A stretch of DNA of 54,679 nucleotides from an uncultured Gammaproteobacteria bacterium (GTDB lineage: Bacteria > Patescibacteriota > Microgenomatia > Levybacterales > UBA12049), in NCBI GenBank assembly GCA_964540925.1, contig CAZIOR010000002.1, positions 1 to 54,679 of the forward strand. The letters are read 5' to 3'. Below the pieces are notes generated by a model. It did not search any database and was not told where the DNA came from. It saw nothing but the letters and a program-made list of their open reading frames with translations. Of the stretch, positions 38,663 to 46,736 are shown piece by piece (position 1 is the first letter of the stretch; each line of letters begins with the position of its first letter). The position numbers and the translations under genes are program-made.

Positions 38663-39576
38663 AAGGGTAACTTAGATGTGATTTTTACAAGTGTTTTTTT
38701 AATTGGATTTTTTACTTGTTCTAATTTTTCTTTAGCAAGCCAAAACATTATATCTTTACCAGCCTTCTTAAATTCTCTTTCAGTTTCTTGTAAGAAATCT
38801 TTATTGTTATATTCTTTAAATCCTTTTTTCTCCCAGATTAATGTAAAAATTATGAAGTGATAAAAAGCCATAAGAAGAGACAAAATTAACCCATGAAATC
38901 CATCTCTATAGCCTTTTCTAGCAAAAAATCTACTTAAAAATTCAGCTACAGGAAACTTAATAGCATCAAAATAATTAAAATCATAACCTTTTTCTAAAAT
39001 ATTATCTGCTTCATTTTGGGCATAATTTAATGTCTTAGTTGTAAACTGAAAAATTGATTCATAATTATTGTGAATCAAATGCTCTTTTAATTTGGCTGTT
39101 TGCCCCTCAATTTGAAGATGTTCATGAACATGTTTTGCGCTGTATTTTCCCTTACCTTTCCTAAATAGTCTTAATTGATAATCGGGATACCAACCCGTAT
39201 TTTCAATCCATTTACCAAAGATCATATTTTTCCTTGGAATCCAAAAACCATCAATATATTCTATTTGTGAAGGTTCGCTTAAAATTTTCTTAATTTCTAA
39301 AGCTAACTCTTCAGGAACTATTTCATCTGCATCAATACTTAAAATAAAATCACTGGTAGCTTTTTCAAAACCGAAGTTTTTTTGTATATCAATGTTTTGA
39401 GGATTATTTTTTTGCGTAAATACTTTATCAGTATATTTTTTAGCAATGTCTTCAGTTTTATCTGTTGAAGAATTATTAACAACTATTATTTCATCACAAA
39501 ATGCTAGTGACTTAAGAGTTTTTTCAATATTTTTTTCCTCATTATAAGCACTAATTACGGCAGAAATTTTATACAT
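38659..39576 (-). CDS. GT2 family glycosyltransferase (WaaE/beta-1,4-glucosyltransferase-like subtype)
   Basis: ISAVISAYNEEKNI...EIIVVNNSSTDKTEDIAKKY, IDADEIV, GWYPDYQLRLFRKGKGKY..HVHE. C-terminal amphipathic helices as in the fusion protein. Confidence 0.8.
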   Translation of the reverse strand: MYKISAVISAYNEEKNIEKTLKSLAFCDEIIVVNNSSTDKTEDIAKKYTDKVFTQKNNPQNIDIQKNFGFEKATSDFILSIDADEIVPEELALEIKKILSEPSQIEYIDGFWIPRKNMIFGKWIENTGWYPDYQLRLFRKGKGKYSAKHVHEHLQIEGQTAKLKEHLIHNNYESIFQFTTKTLNYAQNEADNILEKGYDFNYFDAIKFPVAEFLSRFFARKGYRDGFHGLILSLLMAFYHFIIFTLIWEKKGFKEYNNKDFLQETEREFKKAGKDIMFWLAKEKLEQVKNPIKKTLVKITSKLPL

Positions 39577-39579
39577 AAT

Positions 39580-41034
39580 TTATTTTCTCAAGCTTTGCTT
39601 AATAAGTAAAATATCAGCTTTAATTTGCTCTCTACCAATCATAAAATTAACTGCAAAATAAACAATCATTCCAACGATTATACATGCCAATACACCCAAT
39701 AAACTTCCCCCTAAAACTCTAGCCAATGCAAAAACTAAAAGCCCCATAACCACAGAACTAACTGTAGGATACAACACTGAGCTTATTACGCTGAATTTCA
39801 AGTATCTTTTAACAAGTAACACTACTATAACAACGGACAAAGAAATTAATGCAGAAGCCATTGCAACTCCATTAAAACCAAATGTAACAATCATGAGTGG
39901 GGTAAGTACCCAGGTAGCAATTGTCCAAAATACCATTAAATATAGAGTGGTTTTAATTTTTCCAATTGCGTTTAAAGCATTTGTTAAAGGAGTTGAAACA
40001 GAAGACAAAGCCGAACTAATAGAAAAGAAAAGAAGCGACATTAAAGCTGGCTCCCATTTAATATATTTGGGTATTAAATTAACAAAATAAGGTCCTAAGA
40101 TTACTAAACCAACTAATGATGGAAAAATAAGAAAACAAGCTGCAAAGATTGACTTCTCGATTGCTTTGACCAAAACATCTTTTTCATCCTGTAAGCGTGA
40201 GAATGAAGGAAATGTAATCCTAATTACATTATCCATAATTAGCCTTAATGGCATAAGTGCCCATTTCTGTGCAAAGCCAATATAACCAACTTGAGCAATA
40301 GGTAATACTTTACCTAAATAAGCGATAAATAAATCGTCTTTAACTAAAGCTAAAAAACTATTTAACTGAAATGGAATTCCAAACGATAAAAGTTGCTTTG
40401 CGGAATTTCTGGAAATTCCCAAACTAACTCTCCATGGTTTAATCAAGTAAATTGTAATAAGTCCTGAGATACCCCTCGCTAAAACAGCATAGCTAAAACT
40501 CGCAATACCAAATCCCTTAATTGCTAAAACAACTACGATTACGTTGAAAAAAATTGTCTCAACAATTTGAGGAATGACTAATTTTTCAAAATTTAAATTC
40601 CTTTCAAGAATAATTGACGGGATTGTTTTTAATGAAGAAAGGAAAAAAGAAATCGCTAAAGCCTGAAACAAAAACACTCCATCAGATCCTAAATCATAAA
40701 ATTTACCAACAAAGCCAGATAATAATAAAGCAATAATTACGATAGTTAAAACTAATATCTGCTGCAATGTAAAAGTAGTTTTTAGATCGTCTTCTGTTAG
40801 TTCTTCTTTTTTTTGAATTAATGCAGCAGCAAGTCCAATATCAGAAAAATATGATAAAAAGGCAATTGCAGCTGAAACAACAAAGAAAATACCAAATGTT
40901 GCAGGGGATAAGAAAATAGTTAAAATAAAATTAGCTGAAAAGCTAACTAACTGGATAAAAAATGTCCTGGAGGTTAACGCAAAAATTCCATGAATGGATT
41001 TTTTTGTTATCAGGGCTATATCAGTTTCTTCCAT
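39580..41034 (-). CDS. MOP-superfamily oligosaccharide/polysaccharide flippase (Wzx-like)
   Basis: 484 aa, about 14 TM helices. LSPATFGIFFVVSAAIAFLSYFSDIGLAAALIQKKE is typical of Wzx/Polysacc_synt proteins. The start overlaps the upstream DPM1-like GT2 by 14 nt. Confidence 0.8.
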   Translation of the reverse strand: MEETDIALITKKSIHGIFALTSRTFFIQLVSFSANFILTIFLSPATFGIFFVVSAAIAFLSYFSDIGLAAALIQKKEELTEDDLKTTFTLQQILVLTIVIIALLLSGFVGKFYDLGSDGVFLFQALAISFFLSSLKTIPSIILERNLNFEKLVIPQIVETIFFNVIVVVLAIKGFGIASFSYAVLARGISGLITIYLIKPWRVSLGISRNSAKQLLSFGIPFQLNSFLALVKDDLFIAYLGKVLPIAQVGYIGFAQKWALMPLRLIMDNVIRITFPSFSRLQDEKDVLVKAIEKSIFAACFLIFPSLVGLVILGPYFVNLIPKYIKWEPALMSLLFFSISSALSSVSTPLTNALNAIGKIKTTLYLMVFWTIATWVLTPLMIVTFGFNGVAMASALISLSVVIVVLLVKRYLKFSVISSVLYPTVSSVVMGLLVFALARVLGGSLLGVLACIIVGMIVYFAVNFMIGREQIKADILLIKQSLRK

Positions 41035-41737
41035 ATTTTAGGTTGAGATCTTTCCAGAGATATAAACTTTCCTTAACTGCTCTAAGTATTACCCTAATAT
41101 TTCCACCGCTTTGATCTCCAAAAATTCTTGGGTAATGATTAACCTCAACTTGACTAATTTTTAAATGGTTTTTCTTAAGTTTAGCTAGAATTTCGGTTGT
41201 TATCATTGCTCCCTCTGATTTTAAAGGCAATATTTTTTCGACTGCTTCTTTCTTAAAGAGCTTGAAGCCACAATCAATGTCTTTAAAATAAAAATTGAAG
41301 AAAATTAAATCCCAGACTTTCAACATATTCATTAAGATATGTCTAAAAGGATTATCAAGTCTTTTCTTTCTAAAACCAATTACTACGTCTGAATTATCAA
41401 TTTTTTCCATAAAACGATCTATCTCAGCAAAGTCAAATTGTCCATCTCCATCATTGAAGACAATATATTTATATTGTGCATTTTCAAAACCTGTCTTTAA
41501 TGCTGCACCGTAGCCTCTGTTTTTCTTGTGTGAAACAGAAACTAACCTTTTATCTTTTTTAGATAATTGCTGCATTTTTTCTAAAGTAGAATCAGAAGAA
41601 CCATCATCAACCATTATAATCTCCCACTTATCAGCTATTTTACTAATAACTGGAATCGCCTTTTCAACAGTATTAGTTACATTCTGTTCTTCGTTCCAGA
41701 AAGGAAAAAATAAACTCAATTCGTCAAATTTTTTCAT
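41021..41737 (-). CDS. GT2 glycosyltransferase, DPM1/DPG-synthase-like polyprenyl-phosphate-sugar synthase
   Basis: WEIIMVDDGSSDST, VFNDGDGQFDFAEI, VIGFRKKRLDN, DIDCGFKLFKKE. Confidence 0.8.
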   Translation of the reverse strand: MKKFDELSLFFPFWNEEQNVTNTVEKAIPVISKIADKWEIIMVDDGSSDSTLEKMQQLSKKDKRLVSVSHKKNRGYGAALKTGFENAQYKYIVFNDGDGQFDFAEIDRFMEKIDNSDVVIGFRKKRLDNPFRHILMNMLKVWDLIFFNFYFKDIDCGFKLFKKEAVEKILPLKSEGAMITTEILAKLKKNHLKISQVEVNHYPRIFGDQSGGNIRVILRAVKESLYLWKDLNLKYGRN

Positions 41738-43407
41738 CTTTTAAACCTAAAATAGATTATACCAATAATAAGTAGTATTAATCCAGATAGAGACATTATA
41801 CTAGAAATTAATTCAATTTGCGTTTGTTTAAAATCAAAGATTACTTCATGACTGCCTTTTTCTAAAAATAAATCCATCCCTTTTCTTGATTCGCTTATTT
41901 TCACCTCTTTACCATCAACATATGCTCTCCAAGCTGGGAAAAAAGCTATGGGAAATGTGACTTTTGAATTTTTTTCTAAACTAATCATAAACACAATATG
42001 TCCTGTCTTCTTCGTAACTGAGTTAACCCTTATATCTTTAATCTTCTTAAGGTTTGCAACTTGACCTGAAGATGAGGGCAAAATAAACTTCTTTGGCATA
42101 TATTCTTTAGAAATTTTAGAAATTTCCCATTCAATATTTTTTATTAAAGTATAATCTGCAGATGTTTTGTAATTAACAAATTGGGGTTGAAAGAATTTCA
42201 AATTTAACATAATTACAGCGCCACAAATAAAAATTGCTACAAGATAATAATTATTATTTTTAAGAAACTTTGAAATTAACCAAAGAAGTGATGCTCCAAT
42301 AAATGACAGGCCGAAAGTTGTAATAATTAAGAATCTCCAAGGATACTGAAAATATTCCATGGGTTTTAGCACCGCCCACCAAGAGCTAGAAATATCTAGC
42401 ATGAAGAATACAGAAACTAAGGTAAAAAAACCAAAAACCAATATTAAACTTATCTTCCCCAAATCTTTTAACCCATCTAGCTTTCTAAAAACTCCAAAGA
42501 AAAGAATCAAGATTATACTTAAAGCTGAGAAAATAAGATGATATTTCCCAACCATAAATGAGATTCCATCATAACAACCCTTGACTGATCCACCGAATCC
42601 CCATGAGCTAGACCAAATCTGACTTAAACAAACAAAATGATCTTTATAATCTGCTCCTCCACCTACCTGAGAAATTACATTTGTATAATTAATTTCTGCA
42701 AGCGCTGGTACAAAATAAAAAGCAGACAAAAGTAAGCCAAAAACAAATACCAAAATAAAATTTAACAACGTTTGTTTTTTAATAATGATTAAATAGAATG
42801 AGAATAAAAGCGCAAATGGAAATACCATTAAAGCAGTCAAATTATGAGACAAAGTAATTCCAGCTAAAGCAAGTGCAGGTATTATTATGTTATTGAATTT
42901 ATTATCTAAGTATAATTTGTATAATCCATAAAAAAGTAAGGGTATAAAAGCATAAGCATAAAATTCAGTTACATCTCCTCTTACATAAACATCAATTGCA
43001 TGATAAGGAGCATATAAATATAGTAAACCAGCTAAAATTCCAGGAAACTTACCAAAAACCTCTTTTACAAATAAGTACATAAAAAGTCCCGACATTACTA
43101 TTCCCATGATCATCATTAATTTGGTTGCTAATAAAACATCAAACCCTAGCAGATTGAATCCAGCGCCTACGTAGTAAGAAAGAGGCGCGTAATAGTTAAA
43201 TATTGGATATCCAAATCCAAAACCTAAATCCCTTGTCCATCGAACTGGTATCTGTGAATCTTTTAATGCCTGCGACATCTCAAAAACTCTGGTAGGCTGA
43301 GTGTCATCATGCATTGTAAAAAATCCAGTATTAAGTAAGGGTAAGATTGTAAAAACTGATAATATTAATACTAATAAATAAGGCGTAAATTTTTTCAAAA
43401 GTTTCAT
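41734..43407 (-). CDS. PTPS-related-type polytopic membrane protein (GT-C-like)
   Basis: MHDDTQPTRVFEMSQALKDSQIPVRWTRDLGFGFGYPIFNYYAPLSYY; C-terminal AFFPAWRAYVDGKEVKI plus a terminal TM helix. Paralog of 22650 and 43404. Confidence 0.6.
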   Translation of the reverse strand: MKLLKKFTPYLLVLILSVFTILPLLNTGFFTMHDDTQPTRVFEMSQALKDSQIPVRWTRDLGFGFGYPIFNYYAPLSYYVGAGFNLLGFDVLLATKLMMIMGIVMSGLFMYLFVKEVFGKFPGILAGLLYLYAPYHAIDVYVRGDVTEFYAYAFIPLLFYGLYKLYLDNKFNNIIIPALALAGITLSHNLTALMVFPFALLFSFYLIIIKKQTLLNFILVFVFGLLLSAFYFVPALAEINYTNVISQVGGGADYKDHFVCLSQIWSSSWGFGGSVKGCYDGISFMVGKYHLIFSALSIILILFFGVFRKLDGLKDLGKISLILVFGFFTLVSVFFMLDISSSWWAVLKPMEYFQYPWRFLIITTFGLSFIGASLLWLISKFLKNNNYYLVAIFICGAVIMLNLKFFQPQFVNYKTSADYTLIKNIEWEISKISKEYMPKKFILPSSSGQVANLKKIKDIRVNSVTKKTGHIVFMISLEKNSKVTFPIAFFPAWRAYVDGKEVKISESRKGMDLFLEKGSHEVIFDFKQTQIELISSIMSLSGLILLIIGIIYFRFKR

Positions 43408-44960
43408 GATTTTAATTTACCTTTTTTAATTATAAGAAATAAATACACTATTAATAAACCCCCGCTTAAAAGTGAAATTAAATCTGCAGTAACTCTTAAA
43501 GGAGTTTCTTTAAATTTTAAAATAACATTATTTTCTCCTGAGTTTAAATTTAAAGTTATTATTCCATTATTATCTAAATAATTTATTTCTTTTTTACTTC
43601 CGTTTACTATTGCTTCCCAACCAGGAAAATAAACAGTATTAACTTTTATTTTTACAGGCTCTAAATTATTAATTTCAAAAATTATTTGATTTGGTTTATT
43701 TTTTAATATTTCAATTGGTTCTTTACTGGTTAAGTTCTCAATTTTTTGTGGATTATAATTTTCTATATTTTTTACCCATTTAGGCATATATTCATTTTTT
43801 ACAGTCGTGGTATCTTGATTTGTTGAAAAGAAAGAATCCGGATTATTTTGATAAGAAGTATTTGTCAAAAATGGAATTGCTGAAAGAATAAATATTCCTG
43901 AAATTAAAATCGCTAAAATATATTTTACATTTTTTTTAAATTGGCTTGTTAATACTGCAGATAAGAAGGCAACAGAAACAATTAAAACGGATAAAACTCT
44001 AAATGGAAATTGAATAAATGAAACTGGTAAAAGATTCCATAATACTCTACTTATTGGTAATGACATAAAGATAATAACTACTGATAAAGCTACAAAAAAT
44101 AAAACACTTTTATTTTCAAATAATTTTAGTTTTCTTTTTATGAATAAAAGAACAACGGCCACAATAATTGCGATACTAAAATTGCCGATTAAATTAATAT
44201 CAGCAAAATAGTTAACGTAATCAGAAATCTTTACGCTGGAAAAAACAGTATATTGTAAATCAAAAACTGCAGGTATCCAGAAGAAGCTTGATAAACCAAG
44301 TCCTAATAATCCACTAAGAATATAAATTCGCAATTCTTTTAATTTACTCTTCGCATTTAAATTCTCAATTAATACATAAGGAACAATAAATAATAAAAAT
44401 AAAATTGCTAGCGTGTTATGTGCCAAAATTAACAAACTAACACCAACTGAAATTCCCAATATGCTTTTTCTTTTTATTTGCCAAAGCAAAAAAGGAAGCA
44501 CTACTAACGCTAGAACTTCTCCTACAGATCCTCTTTTGTATACATCATATATATGGTACGGAAAATAAACATAGACTATTGAACCAACAAATGCAGAAAC
44601 ATCATCAAAATATTTCTTGAGCCAAAAAAATGTAAATACTCCAGAAAAAATAATACTTAAAATAAGAATAACTTTTATTGTTTCAACAAAACTTATTCCC
44701 AATAAATGAATTGGGCTTCCAAGATACATAAATAAGGGATACAAAAAATTTGCTACAGGATAACCAAAACCATTATTTAACTGACCTAAAAATCTTACAG
44801 GTAATTCACCAGCGCTAAGTGCGCTATAAAAAGCAGAAAATCTAATAATCATCCAATTTCCGTCATCTGTTAAAGGAAAACCGGGAAGTAACAAATTGAA
44901 TATTGCGGGTATACTACTTAATATAACTAAAAAAATAATAAAAAAACTTTTTTTAAACAT
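43404..44960 (-). CDS. PTPS-related-type polytopic membrane protein (GT-C-like)
   Basis: TDDGNWMIIRFSAFYSALSAGELPVRFLGQLNNGFGYPVANFLYPLFMY; C-terminal VYFPGWEAIVNGSKKEI plus a terminal TM helix. The track start at 45011 is a TTG; I use the ATG at 44960 (MFKKSFFIIFLV). Confidence 0.6.
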   Translation of the reverse strand: MFKKSFFIIFLVILSSIPAIFNLLLPGFPLTDDGNWMIIRFSAFYSALSAGELPVRFLGQLNNGFGYPVANFLYPLFMYLGSPIHLLGISFVETIKVILILSIIFSGVFTFFWLKKYFDDVSAFVGSIVYVYFPYHIYDVYKRGSVGEVLALVVLPFLLWQIKRKSILGISVGVSLLILAHNTLAILFLLFIVPYVLIENLNAKSKLKELRIYILSGLLGLGLSSFFWIPAVFDLQYTVFSSVKISDYVNYFADINLIGNFSIAIIVAVVLLFIKRKLKLFENKSVLFFVALSVVIIFMSLPISRVLWNLLPVSFIQFPFRVLSVLIVSVAFLSAVLTSQFKKNVKYILAILISGIFILSAIPFLTNTSYQNNPDSFFSTNQDTTTVKNEYMPKWVKNIENYNPQKIENLTSKEPIEILKNKPNQIIFEINNLEPVKIKVNTVYFPGWEAIVNGSKKEINYLDNNGIITLNLNSGENNVILKFKETPLRVTADLISLLSGGLLIVYLFLIIKKGKLKS

Positions 44961-44982
44961 GAAAAATCTGAAGTTTAAGCAT

Positions 44983-45011
44983 AGTTTACAGGAATAAATA
45001 AGTTTATTCAA
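44983..45011 (-). promoter_or_regulatory. Candidate promoter TTGAAT-17-TAAACT (22-nt leader) with an inverted repeat across the -35 and spacer
   Basis: The minus strand reads TTGAAT (45011-45006), a 17-nt spacer, then TAAACT (44988-44983). The inverted repeat GAATAAA-taag-TTTATTC lies at 44992-45009. Confidence 0.3.
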
Positions 45012-45065
45012 ATATTCGTCTGATACTTTATTTTATAGTTAATTTCATATACTATTAAGCTAACA

Positions 45066-46736
45066 ATGAATTTATTCAATTTCATTAAGGCTAATTTAAT
45101 ATTAATCTTAATATTTATAGCCGCACTCTTTTTAAGAACCTATCAGCTCGCAGAATTTCCCGTTGGATTACATGGAGACGAAGCCAGTATTGGATATAAT
45201 GCTTTTTCTATTTCTCAAACACTTAAAGACCAAGATGGTAAAAATTCCTTAGCAATTGACCAATTCGGGGATTTTAGACCAGCAGGGTACCATTATATAG
45301 ATGCTCCTTTCATTAAGCTCTTTGGCGTAAACGAAACCGCAGTCAGACTACCAGCAGCATTATTTGGATCCTTAAATGTACTACTTGTTTATTTATTGGT
45401 AAATTTACTCTTTAAAAGAAAACAAGTCTCACTATTAAGCGCTGGTCTACTTGCGATTCTTCCTTGGGATGTTAATATATCAAGAGCCACATCAGAAAGC
45501 GTAATAGCAGCATTTTTTGTTACCTTAGGCGTTATCCTACTCCTGCTTGGAGTTGAAAAAAAAGGAAAAAATTTTATTTATTTTATACTCAGCACTGTTT
45601 TTGTCTTAACAAGTTTTCTTTTCTATCATGCAGCCAGATATTTTGCGATTTTAATTATTCCTTCAATAACAGTAATTACATTTCTAAATGATAGAAAAAA
45701 AGCAATTGCACCCTTAATAATGACTGTTTGTGTTTTTATTGGATTAGTATTCTTCCTTAGTGTTGGCAAAGGAACAGGTAGGGTTTCAGAAGTAAGCTTA
45801 TTATCTATTCCAGGTGGAACAACTGCTTTAAAACACGCAATGGATCAAGAAGGAACAGCGAATCCGCTTATTACTCGTTTCTATAGCAATAAATTGCTTT
45901 ATTATGGAAGATTCTTTATCACTTTTTACTCTCAACATCTATCAGGAGATTTCTTATTTGTTAATACAGGTCTTCCAATTAGATATCTTATTCCACAAAC
46001 AGGCAATCTCTACCTAGTTCAAGCACCATTTCTTATTTTAGGACTCGCCTTTTTAATCTATGAGGGATTAAAAAATAAAAAATATAATTATTTGATACCA
46101 ATTGTCTGGTTATTTTTGGCACCAATTCCAGCAGGACTTACTTGGGAAGATTTACCCAACATACAAAGATCAATGTTTATGATTATACCCTTAGTAATCA
46201 TTTCAGCATTTGGATTTTATGAATTTGTAATCATGTTAAATAAAAAAATTAGATATCCAGTTATTATTTTTTGCGCACTTCTACTTACTTATGGTTTCTT
46301 GATTTTCTATCATAATTATTTCTGGAGAATGAAAATTGAAGAACCTTGGCACAGAGGTTATGCTGCAAAGGAATTAGATGTAACTATTCAAATCATCACT
46401 CAACAAAATCCAAAAGCTAAATTTATCATGACTGCACAAAATTATAATAACTTTATCTTCTATCTTTTCTTCTCAAAATTTGATCCAAAAAGATTTCAAG
46501 AATTAGGTTCGCCAAAAGAACACGATGGATTACAATTTGAAAACTTAACATATTTAAATGATAGTTGTCCTTTGAAACCAACCATGGACGACAAACAGAT
46601 GAAAGATCCTAATTTGTATTTTGTAAATAAACCAGACTGTCCATTACCAGGCAATGCTGAGGTCTTAAATGTTATTAGAACTTCAGATGGCATACCTGCT
46701 CTAAATGTAATAAAGATCCGACAAGATGAGAAGTAA
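45066..46736 (+). CDS. GT39/ArnT-like GT-C glycosyltransferase (paralog family A)
   Basis: FPVGLHGDEASIGYNAFSISQTLKDQDGKNSLAIDQFGDFRPAGYHYI, RLPAALFG. Polytopic, with a C-terminal soluble domain. Confidence 0.75.
   Translation: MNLFNFIKANLILILIFIAALFLRTYQLAEFPVGLHGDEASIGYNAFSISQTLKDQDGKNSLAIDQFGDFRPAGYHYIDAPFIKLFGVNETAVRLPAALFGSLNVLLVYLLVNLLFKRKQVSLLSAGLLAILPWDVNISRATSESVIAAFFVTLGVILLLLGVEKKGKNFIYFILSTVFVLTSFLFYHAARYFAILIIPSITVITFLNDRKKAIAPLIMTVCVFIGLVFFLSVGKGTGRVSEVSLLSIPGGTTALKHAMDQEGTANPLITRFYSNKLLYYGRFFITFYSQHLSGDFLFVNTGLPIRYLIPQTGNLYLVQAPFLILGLAFLIYEGLKNKKYNYLIPIVWLFLAPIPAGLTWEDLPNIQRSMFMIIPLVIISAFGFYEFVIMLNKKIRYPVIIFCALLLTYGFLIFYHNYFWRMKIEEPWHRGYAAKELDVTIQIITQQNPKAKFIMTAQNYNNFIFYLFFSKFDPKRFQELGSPKEHDGLQFENLTYLNDSCPLKPTMDDKQMKDPNLYFVNKPDCPLPGNAEVLNVIRTSDGIPALNVIKIRQDEK

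Noticed and set aside
45556-45563. Homopolymer tracts inside glycosyltransferase genes as phase-variation switches. Examples are A8 at 45556-45563, T8 at 5048-5055, 14413-14420 and 43930-43937, and A8 at 9230-9237.
   Set aside because: The longest runs I found are 8 nt. That is ordinary for Lys/Phe-rich coding sequence at this AT content, and I saw no longer tracts or multi-copy short tandem repeats.
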